In this document: piece after piece, positions 29,340 through 40,161 of the stretch
Position numbering within the stretch: the first letter of the stretch is position 1
How the letters are laid out: every line of letters starts with the position of its first letter
Assembly (NCBI GenBank): GCA_030550225.1
Contig: JAUQPV010000001.1
Coordinates: 1 to 54,771, forward strand
Source: Acidobacteriota bacterium
GTDB taxonomy: Bacteria > Acidobacteriota > HRBIN11
Reading direction: 5' to 3'
DNA length: 54,771 bases
The notes under the pieces: model-generated
The model's database searches: none
The model's input: the letters and a program-made list of their open reading frames with translations, nothing else
What the model was told of the DNA's origin: nothing
Translations under genes and position numbers: made by a program

Positions 29340-29846
29340 ATGGCGGAACGACCATACTGTGTAGCCGGCATCGACCCCCACAAGGACTTCATCGCCGTGG
29401 CCGTCCTGGCCCCGGACCGGGTCGTCCGGGTCGGCGTGATCCGGTGCGAGCCCTTCGTCCGCCTGCGGCGGCGGCTGGAGCGCATCCTGGCCGACGTCCG
29501 CTACGTCGGCATCGAGTGGCCCTACTTGGGGAAGAGCCCCCACAGCTATGCGACGGTCTTGGAGACGGCGGCGACCGTCCGGACGCTCGTCCGCCTGATG
29601 GGGATCCCGAGCGTGCGCGTCCGGGGGAGCCAGTGGATGCGGCTCCTGAAGACCCGACGTCGGACCCGAGCCTATCTCAAGCAAGCGGCCCGGCGCCTGG
29701 CCCGACAGGCCACCCATCGAAGCTTGACGTCGGACCAGAGCGACGCCGTCTGCATCGGCCTCTGGCTCCTGGACCGCCTGGTCGTCCACGGCCGCCTGGA
29801 CCCACCCGTCCCCCTCCTGGAACGTACGGGCCTTCGGGCGCAGTAG
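29340..29846 (+). CDS. small RuvC-fold (RNase H-like) nuclease-like protein
   Basis: VAGIDPHKDFIAVAVL, then ...YVGIEWPYLGKSPHSYATVLETAATVRTL..., then ...SDQSDAVCIGLW. These align with the RuvC catalytic D / E / D..D blocks (GIDPG, AIEQ, ADAADA). There are no ruvAB neighbours. Confidence 0.5.
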   Translation: MAERPYCVAGIDPHKDFIAVAVLAPDRVVRVGVIRCEPFVRLRRRLERILADVRYVGIEWPYLGKSPHSYATVLETAATVRTLVRLMGIPSVRVRGSQWMRLLKTRRRTRAYLKQAARRLARQATHRSLTSDQSDAVCIGLWLLDRLVVHGRLDPPVPLLERTGLRAQ

Positions 29847-29952
29847 GGCCATTCAGGAGATGGGCTCAGTGCCGGGATACCGACATCACCGAACGTCTGC
29901 CGTCTTTCCCGGACGGTCCGGCTCCCGGACTGCCGGACCGCCGGACTGCCGG

Positions 29953-30822
29953 ATGGCCGAACTGCCGAACTGGCGGTCGGCCCTGGAGGCCCTGGCCCGT
30001 CGGTTTCCTCGGCCCCAGACGCCCTGGGACGACCCCCTGGCCTTCGTGTATCGGTACGAAGACACCCGGGACCGGGCCGTCGTCGCCTACCTCGTGAGCT
30101 TTCTGGCCTTCGGCCACGTGCGGGCCATCGCCCGGGCCGTCGAGCCCCTCCTCGACCGACTCGGCCCCCGGCCGAGCCAGGCCCTCGTCGAGGCGTCTCC
30201 GACCGACCTGCGTCGGTGGGTCCACGGGTGGCGCTATCGCTTTATCCCGGCCGAAGCCCTCTACGGAATCCTGGCCTGGATTCGAGATCGGCTCGATCGA
30301 TGGGAGTCGCTGGAGGCTTACTTTCGGGCGCAGGTCGAGGGGTCCCCTTCGCTTCGGGATTTTGCCGAGACCCACGGTCAGGCCGGTCGCCAATTCTTTC
30401 AGCGCCGCGTCCCGGACGTCCCGCGGGTAAAGGCCCGGTTTCTCTTCCCGGTCCCACCCCGGAGTGCGTGCAAACGCCTGGCCTTGTTCATCCGGTGGAT
30501 GACCCGCCCGGCACCGCCCGACTTGGGTCTATGGGATTTCTGGCCTCGGGCCTGGGTATTCGTCCCAGTCGATACCCACCTGGCCTTCCTGGCTCGCCTG
30601 TGGGGCTGGGCCGACGGACGTGTCCCCGACTGGACCTTCATGGAGCAGGTCGCTTCCGTCTTGGCCGCCCTCTGTCCGGAAGACCCGCTTCGGTACGATT
30701 ACGCCATTACCCAGCTGGGGATCCGCCGTCTCTGTCATCGCCGGCCGGAGCTTCGGCGGTGTGGGGTATGTCCCATGCGGAGCGTTTGCCCCTATCCGGC
30801 TGGAAGCGATCCGTCTGGGTGA
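29953..30822 (+). CDS. DUF2400/TIGR02757-like protein (HhH-GPD-like fold with a C-terminal Cys cluster)
   Basis: Family recalled from ...FLFPVPPRSACKRLALFIRWMTR...VPVDTHLAFLARLWG... and a terminal CHRRPELRRCGVCPMRSVC. The start is uncertain because 29925-29975 is an octamer-repeat arm. Confidence 0.5.
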   Translation: MAELPNWRSALEALARRFPRPQTPWDDPLAFVYRYEDTRDRAVVAYLVSFLAFGHVRAIARAVEPLLDRLGPRPSQALVEASPTDLRRWVHGWRYRFIPAEALYGILAWIRDRLDRWESLEAYFRAQVEGSPSLRDFAETHGQAGRQFFQRRVPDVPRVKARFLFPVPPRSACKRLALFIRWMTRPAPPDLGLWDFWPRAWVFVPVDTHLAFLARLWGWADGRVPDWTFMEQVASVLAALCPEDPLRYDYAITQLGIRRLCHRRPELRRCGVCPMRSVCPYPAGSDPSG

Positions 30823-31070
30823 AAAGGCCCGACGGGTGGGTGAAAAGACCCGGTGGGCAAGGGCGAAAAGCAGAGGCACTGTTCATTGTGGGTGAAGGAA
30901 TGCCTGAAGAACCTGTTCAGATGAGGGAAGTCGAGGTTTTTACCCTCGAACGCTTCCTTGGTCCTGATCGAGTACGGTGATCGGCTCGATGGCCCACCGG
31001 TCTTGAAACAGGGACGGGGCAGAAAGAGATCCCCGCCCTCTGACCTTGGCAGGAGCCCTGGGGGTGCGCA

Positions 31071-31079
31071 TGGTATAAT
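31071..31079 (+). promoter_or_regulatory. Extended -10 element (TGGTATAAT) upstream of the sensor kinase gene
   Basis: TGnTATAAT at 31071-31079, 28 nt before the ATG at 31107. There is no good -35 at 17 nt. Confidence 0.3.
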
Positions 31080-31106
31080 CGGACCTCCGGAGAGGGGAGG
31101 TCGGCG

Positions 31107-32507
31107 ATGCAGTCGATAGCCCTCAAGATTTCTATCCCCATCATATTAAGTATATTTCTATTTTTTGGAATTTTGGGGTATCACTCCTACACGGAACGGC
31201 GGGCGGCGTTCCGACGCCTCGTCGAACAGGACTCTCAGACCGTCCTCCGGGTCGTCGCCCAGGGGATCGCCCTCCTGATGGAGGTCAAATCCCGGGACCA
31301 CATCCTGGAGCTTATGCAGAATGCCCGGGCTGAGATGGGTGCCAGCCGCCTGGAAGCTCGCTCGCCCGACGGACGCTATACCCTCCGGGTATCGGACCCC
31401 GCGGTACCCCCCCAGGGGTCGACCGAGTGGCTCCAGGTGCGAGTGCCTCTACCGGCTCGGGATACCTGCCGCCGATGTCACGCGATGGCGACTCAGACGG
31501 AGGGATATTTAGAGGTCCGACGGAACATCGGTCCCCTGATGGCCATGGCCCGTTCTTGGTACACCCGGGCGAGTCTGACCCACCTTCTGGCATCGATCTT
31601 GCTTAGCTTATCCATCGCCGTGACCGTCCACTGGACCGTCCGGCGACCCCTCCAGCGGTTGATCGGAGCCATGGAACGGGTAGCCCAAGGACATTGGGAC
31701 GTGACCTTACCCATTCAAGGGCAGGACGAGATCGCCTCCCTGGCCCGCCACTTCAACTCGATGTTGGAGCGGCTTCGGGTTTATCAGGAGGAGCGGGAAC
31801 GGGAGCAGCGGGTCAAGCTCCAGCAGGCCGAGCACATGATGTCGGTCGCCGAGATGGCCGCCTCGCTGGCGCATGAGATCAAGAACCCCTTGGCCGGTAT
31901 TCAGTCGGCGTTGACGGTCCTATTTGAGCAGGAGGACCTGCGGCCGGAAGCTCGGGAGGTCTACGAGTCCATTATCCAGGACCTGAGTCGTATTAACCAG
32001 GTCCTGGAGGACCTCTTGCAGTACGCGCGACCCCGGCCCATCGAGTGGACGGCCGTAGACCTGGGGAGCCTGGTCGAGTCGGTCGTCCAGCGGGTTTTCC
32101 CGAGGGTACGGGAAAAGGGCCTCCAGCTTCATACGGACCTGACGGCCGACGTCCCTGTCGTCCAGGGCGACCCCCATCAGCTTCATCAGATGCTGTACAA
32201 TTTACTCCTCAACGCCATCCAGGCGACCGACGAAGGCGGCCGGGTGACGGTCGGTCTTCGGTCCCGTCCGGAGGCCGATGAAGTCGAGCTGTGGGTCGAG
32301 GATACGGGCCACGGAATTCCGCCTGACAAGTTGGACCTCGTCCTCAAGCCTTTCTATTCGACGAAACCGGGCGGGACCGGCTTAGGACTCCCTATTTGTT
32401 TGCGGATCATCGAAAACCATGGGGGGCGGCTCTCGATCGAGTCGGAAGTCGGTCGGGGCTCGACCTTCCGGGTTTACCTCCCCATCCGGGGGGCAGGTCG
32501 TGCATGA
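31107..32507 (+). CDS. sensor histidine kinase with two TM helices, a periplasmic domain carrying one CxxCH, HAMP, HisKA and HATPase domains
   Basis: TM1 is IPIILSIFLFFGILGY. The periplasmic segment contains CRRCH (31467-31481). TM2 is LLASILLSLSIAVTVHW. HAMP segment RRPLQRLIGAMERV...; H-box SLAHEIKNPLAGI; N/G boxes NLLLNAIQAT, DTGHGIP, GGTGLGL. Confidence 0.88.
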   Translation: MQSIALKISIPIILSIFLFFGILGYHSYTERRAAFRRLVEQDSQTVLRVVAQGIALLMEVKSRDHILELMQNARAEMGASRLEARSPDGRYTLRVSDPAVPPQGSTEWLQVRVPLPARDTCRRCHAMATQTEGYLEVRRNIGPLMAMARSWYTRASLTHLLASILLSLSIAVTVHWTVRRPLQRLIGAMERVAQGHWDVTLPIQGQDEIASLARHFNSMLERLRVYQEEREREQRVKLQQAEHMMSVAEMAASLAHEIKNPLAGIQSALTVLFEQEDLRPEAREVYESIIQDLSRINQVLEDLLQYARPRPIEWTAVDLGSLVESVVQRVFPRVREKGLQLHTDLTADVPVVQGDPHQLHQMLYNLLLNAIQATDEGGRVTVGLRSRPEADEVELWVEDTGHGIPPDKLDLVLKPFYSTKPGGTGLGLPICLRIIENHGGRLSIESEVGRGSTFRVYLPIRGAGRA

Positions 32508-32526
32508 CATAGATATTTCGGGAAAG

Positions 32527-33900
<1,374 letters not shown>

Positions 33901-33933
33901 TGTTCGGGATGCGGGATGGGGGGAGGGGTAAGG

Positions 33934-36003
33934 ATGGGCGGTTTTCGGAGAGGGCTCTTTTGGGCGTGGGGGAGCCTCATCGGCGTGGCGGCTTTGGCGT
34001 GGGCTCAAACGCCGCCTTGTCAAACGTGTCATAAGGACGTCCATGTCACGTCCCCGGCCCATGCCGACCTGGACTGTACAGATTGCCACTCCAACGTGAC
34101 GAAGGTCCCCCATCCGCCCAAGCTCTTGAAGCAATTGGGCGGCGACGCTCTCTGTCGGCAATGTCACGACGACGTCGTTCCCCAAGTCGCCGCCAGTGTC
34201 CATGGGCCCGAAACCTGTGGCGACTGTCACGGGCCGGCCCACGAGATCCCGCCCCCCCGATGGACCGTCTGTGGGGACTGTCACGCGGAGGCGACGGAAG
34301 CCTTTCAGGCCAGCTCTCATCAGAAGAGCCTGAACTGTAGCTCTTGCCATGAAGGCGTTCACGCCCTTCGGTCCCCGAAACAACCCGGATCGAGGGTCCA
34401 CCCCTTCCAGCAGATTCAAACCTGTGGGACCTGTCATGCGAAGCCGCCCCAGCTCATCGACGGGTACCTCCAAAGCGTCCACGGCCGGGGCCTGCTCCTG
34501 GCCGGTCTGGTGACGGCGCCGGCCTGTAGCGATTGTCATGGAAGCCATGGTGTCTTTCCGGTCCGGGACGTCCGCTCGACGGTATCGGCCCGAAATGCGC
34601 CCCTCACGTGCGGGCGGTGTCACGTCGGCGTCTTGGACGTGTGGTCGAAAGAGAGCGTCCACGGCCAGCTCTGGCGGGAGGGTCGGACCGGCGGACCGGT
34701 CTGCACGACCTGTCACGGGTCCCACCGGATTCAAGAGCCGAGGGCCGGCATCCAACGCCTGAAGTTTCCCGAGACTTGCGGCGGGTGTCACGGAGAGCGC
34801 TATCACACGTACCGGGACGGGTTCCACGGCCAGGCCACGGGCCTGGGGTTCCTGACGGCGGCCACTTGTTCGGACTGCCATACGCCGCATCAGAACGAAC
34901 CAGCCCGGGACCCGAAGTCATCTGTACATCCGGCGAATCTGACTCGAACCTGCGGTCGATGCCACGGTCCGGTCACGGCCGCCTTTGTGACCTTTGACCC
35001 CCATGCGGACCCCCGGGACCCCCGGAGGAGCCGGCCGGTCTACTACGTATGGCTCTTCATGACGAGTCTGCTGGTGTTCGTCTTCGGATTCTTTGGAATC
35101 CATACCCTCCTCTGGCTTCAGCGATCGGTCGTGGGCGCGCTCCGGGGTGAGTTCCACTCGATCCGACGATGGAAGGACGAGACCGTATGGGTCCGGCGAT
35201 TTGCGCCGGTCCACATGTGGACCCACGTGGCCATCGTCGTTAGCTTCCTGCTCCTGGCCGCCACGGGCCTTCCCCTCAAGTACCACTATACCCGGTGGGG
35301 ACCCGTCCTCGCTTCGTGGCTGGGGGGCGTCGATACGACCCGCCTGCTTCACCGGGTTGGGGCCGTGATCACGTTCGGATACGCCGTCTTCCATCTGGGC
35401 TATATCCTCTACTGGGCCGGCCTCCGGAGAGACTGGGGCATCCTATGGGGCTGGCGGTCGATGACGCCCCGGTGGCAGGACCTCGTCGACCTTTGGCGCA
35501 ACGTACGGTATTTCCTGTACTTGGGTCCCCGACCCCGCCTGGACCGATGGACGTACTGGGAAAAGTTCGACTACTTCGCTGTCTTCTGGGGCGTCGTCAT
35601 CATCGGCTTCTCGGGCCTCTTCTTGTGGCTCCCCAAGTTTTGGACTCGGTTCCTCCCCGGATGGGTCCTCAATGCCGCCTTCGTCGTCCATAGTGACGAG
35701 GCTCTTCTGGCCGTAGGATTCATCTTTATCTTCCACTTCTTCCATAATCATCTCCGGCCGGAGAACTTCCCGCTGGACCCCGTCGTGTTCATCGGGAGCC
35801 TGCCCCTGAAACGATTTCAGGAAGAGCGGCCGGCCGAATACCAGCGCCTGGTCGAGAGCGGCGAGCTGGAGAAGTACCTGGAAGGCCCGCCGTCCAAGTG
35901 TCAGGTCCGCCTGGCTTACATCTTTGGATTTCTGACGCTGACGGTCGGGGTCCTCCTGATTGGTCTGATTCTGGCCACGGCCCTGGGGGCCCTTCGGTCA
36001 TGA
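33934..36003 (+). CDS. 13-CxxCH multihaem cytochrome c fused to a C-terminal polytopic cytochrome b-like membrane domain (CbcL-like architecture)
   Basis: Signal peptide. Thirteen CxxCH motifs: CQTCH, CTDCH, CRQCH, CGDCH x2, CSSCH, CGTCH, CSDCH x2, CGRCH x2, CTTCH, CGGCH. About 6 TM helices follow, with conserved His pairs (HRVGAVITFGYAVFH, VHSDEALLAVGFIFIFHFFHNH), as in FdnI/HydC/Ni-hydrogenase cytochrome b type domains. GGAGGGG lies before the ATG at 33934; an alternative ATG is at 33916. Confidence 0.8.
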   Translation: MGGFRRGLFWAWGSLIGVAALAWAQTPPCQTCHKDVHVTSPAHADLDCTDCHSNVTKVPHPPKLLKQLGGDALCRQCHDDVVPQVAASVHGPETCGDCHGPAHEIPPPRWTVCGDCHAEATEAFQASSHQKSLNCSSCHEGVHALRSPKQPGSRVHPFQQIQTCGTCHAKPPQLIDGYLQSVHGRGLLLAGLVTAPACSDCHGSHGVFPVRDVRSTVSARNAPLTCGRCHVGVLDVWSKESVHGQLWREGRTGGPVCTTCHGSHRIQEPRAGIQRLKFPETCGGCHGERYHTYRDGFHGQATGLGFLTAATCSDCHTPHQNEPARDPKSSVHPANLTRTCGRCHGPVTAAFVTFDPHADPRDPRRSRPVYYVWLFMTSLLVFVFGFFGIHTLLWLQRSVVGALRGEFHSIRRWKDETVWVRRFAPVHMWTHVAIVVSFLLLAATGLPLKYHYTRWGPVLASWLGGVDTTRLLHRVGAVITFGYAVFHLGYILYWAGLRRDWGILWGWRSMTPRWQDLVDLWRNVRYFLYLGPRPRLDRWTYWEKFDYFAVFWGVVIIGFSGLFLWLPKFWTRFLPGWVLNAAFVVHSDEALLAVGFIFIFHFFHNHLRPENFPLDPVVFIGSLPLKRFQEERPAEYQRLVESGELEKYLEGPPSKCQVRLAYIFGFLTLTVGVLLIGLILATALGALRS

Positions 36004-36055
36004 AGCCAGGCACTAAGGCAATAGGCAGTAAGGCAATGACCGACTGGAGGCCTGC

Positions 36056-37117
36056 ATGGTCCGATTTCCCGCCATCGGCAAAATCAGTCCCGAATTTTTC
36101 GACCGACACGTCTTCCCCCGACTGGGCGCCCGGCGGCTCGAGGTCCTCGTCCCGCCCCGTCACGGCGTGGACGTCGGGGTCGTCCAGATCGGCCCAGACC
36201 TGGTCATGGCCATCACGACGGACCCCATCTATATCGTCCCCCAATATGGGTGGGAACGAGCGGCCTGGTTTGCCTGGCACATCCTGGCCAGCGACGTGAC
36301 GACCAGCGGATTCCCGCCCGCCTACGCCGCCTTCGACTTCAACTTGCCGATGGAAATGACCGAAGAGGCCTTTGAGCGCATCTGGGCCGTCATCGACAGG
36401 GAGAATCAGAAATACGGCGTGACCGTCATCGCTGGCCATACGGGGCGGTATCCCGGCGTGGACTACCCGATGGTCGGCGGGGCGACCTTCATCGCCGTCG
36501 GGCCCCGAGACCGTTATCTGACGGCTGACATGGCCCGCCCCGGCGACCTGGTCGTCGTCACGAAGGGGGCGGCCATCGAAGCCGTCGGGATTCTGAGTAA
36601 CACTTTCCCGAATTACGTTCGGGCCCATTTAGGCGATGCCGTCTTCCGAAAGGCGGCGGCCCTCTTTGATCAGATGAGCACCGTCGAGGACGCCCTGACG
36701 AGCGTCTCGGTCGGCGTCCGGGATGAAGGCGTCACGGCCATGCACGACGCCACTGAGTGCGGGGTCCTGGGGGGCGTCTGGGAAGTCGCCGAGGCCAGCG
36801 GTCAGGGGGTCGTCCTGTACAAGGACGAAATCCCCGTCTTGGAGGAGGTCCGGGCCGTCTGTGACCTCTTTGGGATCGACCCCTACACGGCCATCAGCGA
36901 GGGTACGCTGATCGTCACGGTCCGGCCGTCTCGGGCCGACGACCTCCTGAAGGTCCTCGGCGACCGGGGCATCCTGGCCCGGGTCGTCGGCGAAATTCGG
37001 CCGCCGGAGCAGGGCAAGGTCCTTATCGAAGGCGGTCAGGCTCGGCCCCTTGAACACCCGCGGGTCGACCCCTTCTGGGGTGCCATGCAGAGGGCTCTCG
37101 AGCAGGGCCTCACGTGA
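36056..37117 (+). CDS. AIR-synthase-related (PurM/HypE/ThiL superfamily) protein
   Basis: GVDVGVV...AITTDPIY...VIAGHTG...GDLVVVTKG fits the PurM-like N and C domains. GGAGG RBS. It is the last gene of the plus-strand kinase/regulator/cytochrome unit. It lacks the C-terminal PRIC motif of genuine HypE. Confidence 0.65.
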   Translation: MVRFPAIGKISPEFFDRHVFPRLGARRLEVLVPPRHGVDVGVVQIGPDLVMAITTDPIYIVPQYGWERAAWFAWHILASDVTTSGFPPAYAAFDFNLPMEMTEEAFERIWAVIDRENQKYGVTVIAGHTGRYPGVDYPMVGGATFIAVGPRDRYLTADMARPGDLVVVTKGAAIEAVGILSNTFPNYVRAHLGDAVFRKAAALFDQMSTVEDALTSVSVGVRDEGVTAMHDATECGVLGGVWEVAEASGQGVVLYKDEIPVLEEVRAVCDLFGIDPYTAISEGTLIVTVRPSRADDLLKVLGDRGILARVVGEIRPPEQGKVLIEGGQARPLEHPRVDPFWGAMQRALEQGLT

Positions 37118-37295
37118 CGTTCGGTGTTGGGTCTTGGGTGCTGGGTGTCCGGTATGAAAGACCCCAGACCACCGACCATAGACCTGTTTCGGAGGCCTGG
37201 TTCGCTTCGTCTCGAGACGGGGTACTCCAATGACTCCGTCAGGTCTATGGTCTGACGTCTTCTTTGGACCTAACACCCGACACCGAACACCGAAG
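37118..37295 (+). repeat. About 180-nt structured repeat element, copy 1 (G-rich heptamer arm, conserved core, C-rich arm)
   Basis: Arms are at 37118-37152 (cgttcGGTGTTGGGTCTTGGGTGCTGGGTGTCCgg) and 37266-37295 (ggacctaacacccgacaccgaacaccgaag). The core ggtatgaaagacc...caccgacc...ggttcgcttcgtc..gagacggg...gactccgt..ggtct..ggtctg is shared with the reverse complement of 43137-43300. The element fills the whole convergent gap 37118-37297. Confidence 0.8.
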
Positions 37296-37297
37296 AC

Positions 37298-40150
37298 CTA
37301 TTCGTGGCACTCCTGACAGACCTTCGGGTCGGGGCGGAGGCGGCCGGCCGCGTGACAGGTCCCGCAGGCCAGGTCTAAGTCCTCGGGACTGGCATGGAGG
37401 CGATGCGGAAACGTGCGTCCGTCGGCCAGCCGGAGGTCGCCCGGCGGTCCGAGGCCGTGACAGTCCTGACAGGCCCGGCGGACTTCCGGGGCGTGGTGGC
37501 AAGGGCCGCAGGCCAGGCCCGGTCGCAGGACCTCGGCGGGTTCCCGGACTTCGTGGGGCCGATGGCAGGTCTCACACGCCAGGGCCTGGACGGTGATGTG
37601 CTTCGCATGGGAAAAGGTATAGCCCCGATAGGGAGCTGTCTGAAGTTCGATCCCCTGGTGACAGTTCATGCAGGAAGACGTATAGGGGACCTGCACCCAA
37701 GCTGGGAGACGGACCGGACGGCCTCGGACGGTCTCTTGGACCTGCCGGTAACTCCAGGCCAACAGGGCCAAGGCATAGTCGGGATTGTGAATCCCGTTAG
37801 CCTGGCGGAGGAATTCAAGGTTCGCCTTTACGTCTTGCAAGACCGGGGCGGCGGGTGCCCAGCGGACGGCCGATGCATAGGCCGTCTCGACGTCCCGCAG
37901 GGCCCGTTCGAGTACGACCTTCCACTGGAGATAGATCTTCCGGTACCGGGTCCCGTGGCAGGCCATACAACTGACTTCGTTGGCCCGCCGGAGGCCACCC
38001 CGGGCCGCGTGTTCGAGGAAGTGACATCCCTCGCAGTCGACGCCCGTCAGGAACATCTTGCTGGGTCGGGGCGGAACGCCCTTCCCGCCGAGGCCGGCGT
38101 ACAGGTCCCGGGTGGGAGCGTGGCCGCTCAAGTGGCATCGCTCGCACGCCGTGGCGGCCGGCGTCAGGGGGAGACGACCATGCTGAATTTCCTGATGGCA
38201 GTCGGTGCACTCGACTTTATGTTCCGTCACGTGCTGATGGTGGAGGTAGGCTTCATCCCCGAACCGGGCCAGTCGTTGCGGCTCGTTGTGACAGGTCAGA
38301 CAGCGCTCCCGGGGGACGGCTCCCTCGCCCCGGATGCTCTTCTGATGGCACCACACGCACTCCATCCCGAAGCGCCGAACGTCGCCGTGGTCGAAGCGGA
38401 CGCCCTGGGCCTCGACGGGTCCGGAGGGCGGAATGTGGCAGAGCTCACATCGGGCGGGTCCGGTGCCCAAGCGTTGGTTCTTGAAGTGGCACAGGAAGCA
38501 CGTCGATTCGGTGACCGTGATGTGAAGGCCCTGGACGATCTGGGAGTGGCAGGACGTACAGCGGAGCCGCATCCCCCGCCGGAGTTCCAGAAGGTGGGGC
38601 GCATGGTCGAAGACGATGTCATGGAAGACTTCCTTTCCTTGAAGCAAACGCCGTTCGTGACACCGCAGGCAACTGGCATCTTCGACCTCGGCCCAGGGGT
38701 TCGGCCCGTAGGTCTGAGTGATGTACTGAGCGGCCATCGAGAGGGCCTCGTACTTCTTCCGGAATTCGGACGTGATCCCCGGAGGGATGTGGCAATCTAC
38801 GCAGGGGACGTTCCGATGGGTCGACGCCTTCCAGGACTGATAGTAGGGTTGCATGACGTGGCAAGAGCCGCAGAAGGCCGGCGTCGAGGTCACCTGCATC
38901 AACAAGAAGACCGTCAACAGGAGACCGCCCAGGCCGACCATCAACCAGAGGGCACCCCATCGGACGCTTCCCCGCTCGTCGGGGGGACCCTCCGGCGGCT
39001 TCTCGCCAGAAAGGCCGGCCCGTCGGATCTCCAAGAGGGCCACCGTCAGGAGGAGGTAAAACCAAAAGGCGATGAGGAGAAACCGTTGGGCCGTCCGATG
39101 ACCCCGCCAACGCTGGACCTCGCTCCGGATCTCACTGGCGATGGAACGGACCTTTCGGGTCTCGGCCTCGATATCCCCGACCTGCAGGCTGTGGACGACC
39201 GGCTGGACGCCGCTCAGGAAGGTCCGAGCCTCTTCCAGCCGCTCCTCCATCGCCCGGGTCGGGACGCCGACGGCCCGGGCCGCCTCGAGGGCCGTCTGGG
39301 CTTCTTGGAGGTCGGCGGTGGCCGTCCTCAGGAGGGTCTGGATCTCGGCGGCGACCTTCATGGGTCGTTGGCCGGTCTCATGGCACTTTCCGCAGACCTC
39401 CACGAGCCGTTCGGGGTTGACCCGGGTGGTCGCATGGTTGTCATGACAGGCCACGCAGGCGGGCAGGCCCCGGCTTAGAAAGGCCCGGGCGTGCGGGCTC
39501 TGGAGGAACATTTCCATGGACCGGGTATGGCACAACCCGCAGACTTCTGAGACTTCCCGAACGCTGGGCGGGGCGGCCCCATGCTTGCCATGGCAAGTCG
39601 CACAGTGAGGCGCCCGGGGATGGCCCGAGGCCAGCGCCTGGAAGTGAACGCTGGCGCGGTACTGGTCCACGACATCGGCCGATAGGCCGTACCGCTCCAT
39701 AAGCTCCTTTTGAGCGTGACACCGACCGCAGGTCTCGGCAACATTCTCTCGATAGACCCGGCTTCGGGGATCTTGGGCCGGTCGGATGTCATGGGTCCCG
39801 TGGCAGTCCGTACAGACGGCGACCCGGGTATCACCTCGGGCCAAGGCCTGCCCATGATACGAACTCTGATAATACAGGTACTGGTCAATAGGTATGTTGA
39901 AGGGCCGCATCCGCTCCGGGTCGCTGTGGCAGTCGGCGCAGAGCCGGGGGATTTGAGACCGCTCGGGCACGCCCCGGAAGTCTTTCCCGTGAGCGGCCTC
40001 CATCTCGAGCGGGCCCTCGACGCCGCCGTGGCAGGCCGTACAGGGCACGCCCTTACGGCTATGGGCATCTTCCGCAAAGCGAGCCTTCAATTCGCTGTGG
40101 CACGTCAGACATGTGGACGCCAGCATGAGGACGAAGACGGCCGCATTCAT
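37298..40150 (-). CDS. giant multihaem cytochrome c with 27 CxxCH: an N-terminal 9-haem domain, a TM hairpin, then a NapC/NirT/NrfH-like segment and further haems (18 CxxCH)
   Basis: The start MNAAVFVLMLASTCLTCH (ATG at 40150) lies just after the cytochrome b stop. The first 355 aa are paralogous to the 11-haem protein (shared blocks GDTRVA.C.DCH, DPRS.VY, VCGLCHT, SPHA.AF). Two TM helices map to about 38891-39085. Next comes TSTPAFCGSCHVMQPYYQSWKASTHRNVPCVDCHIPPG (NapC/NirT-like), then 16 more CxxCH up to the terminal CQECHE. Confidence 0.85.
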   Translation of the reverse strand: MNAAVFVLMLASTCLTCHSELKARFAEDAHSRKGVPCTACHGGVEGPLEMEAAHGKDFRGVPERSQIPRLCADCHSDPERMRPFNIPIDQYLYYQSSYHGQALARGDTRVAVCTDCHGTHDIRPAQDPRSRVYRENVAETCGRCHAQKELMERYGLSADVVDQYRASVHFQALASGHPRAPHCATCHGKHGAAPPSVREVSEVCGLCHTRSMEMFLQSPHARAFLSRGLPACVACHDNHATTRVNPERLVEVCGKCHETGQRPMKVAAEIQTLLRTATADLQEAQTALEAARAVGVPTRAMEERLEEARTFLSGVQPVVHSLQVGDIEAETRKVRSIASEIRSEVQRWRGHRTAQRFLLIAFWFYLLLTVALLEIRRAGLSGEKPPEGPPDERGSVRWGALWLMVGLGGLLLTVFLLMQVTSTPAFCGSCHVMQPYYQSWKASTHRNVPCVDCHIPPGITSEFRKKYEALSMAAQYITQTYGPNPWAEVEDASCLRCHERRLLQGKEVFHDIVFDHAPHLLELRRGMRLRCTSCHSQIVQGLHITVTESTCFLCHFKNQRLGTGPARCELCHIPPSGPVEAQGVRFDHGDVRRFGMECVWCHQKSIRGEGAVPRERCLTCHNEPQRLARFGDEAYLHHQHVTEHKVECTDCHQEIQHGRLPLTPAATACERCHLSGHAPTRDLYAGLGGKGVPPRPSKMFLTGVDCEGCHFLEHAARGGLRRANEVSCMACHGTRYRKIYLQWKVVLERALRDVETAYASAVRWAPAAPVLQDVKANLEFLRQANGIHNPDYALALLAWSYRQVQETVRGRPVRLPAWVQVPYTSSCMNCHQGIELQTAPYRGYTFSHAKHITVQALACETCHRPHEVREPAEVLRPGLACGPCHHAPEVRRACQDCHGLGPPGDLRLADGRTFPHRLHASPEDLDLACGTCHAAGRLRPDPKVCQECHE

Positions 40151-40161
40151 GCCGACCTCGT

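Noticed and set aside
37394-39478. Very long antisense or alternate-frame ORFs. Examples: 37394-39478 (+), 41799-43067 (+), 33646-34890 (-), 8690-9991 (-), 1056-2318 (-), 21411-22361 (+), 26196-27068 (+), 51733-52938 (-), 53683-54621 (-).
   Set aside because: They are shadow ORFs, typical of GC-rich DNA where stop codons are rare. Their translations are Arg/Gly/Pro/Asp-rich without motifs. Each lies opposite a gene with strong family signatures.
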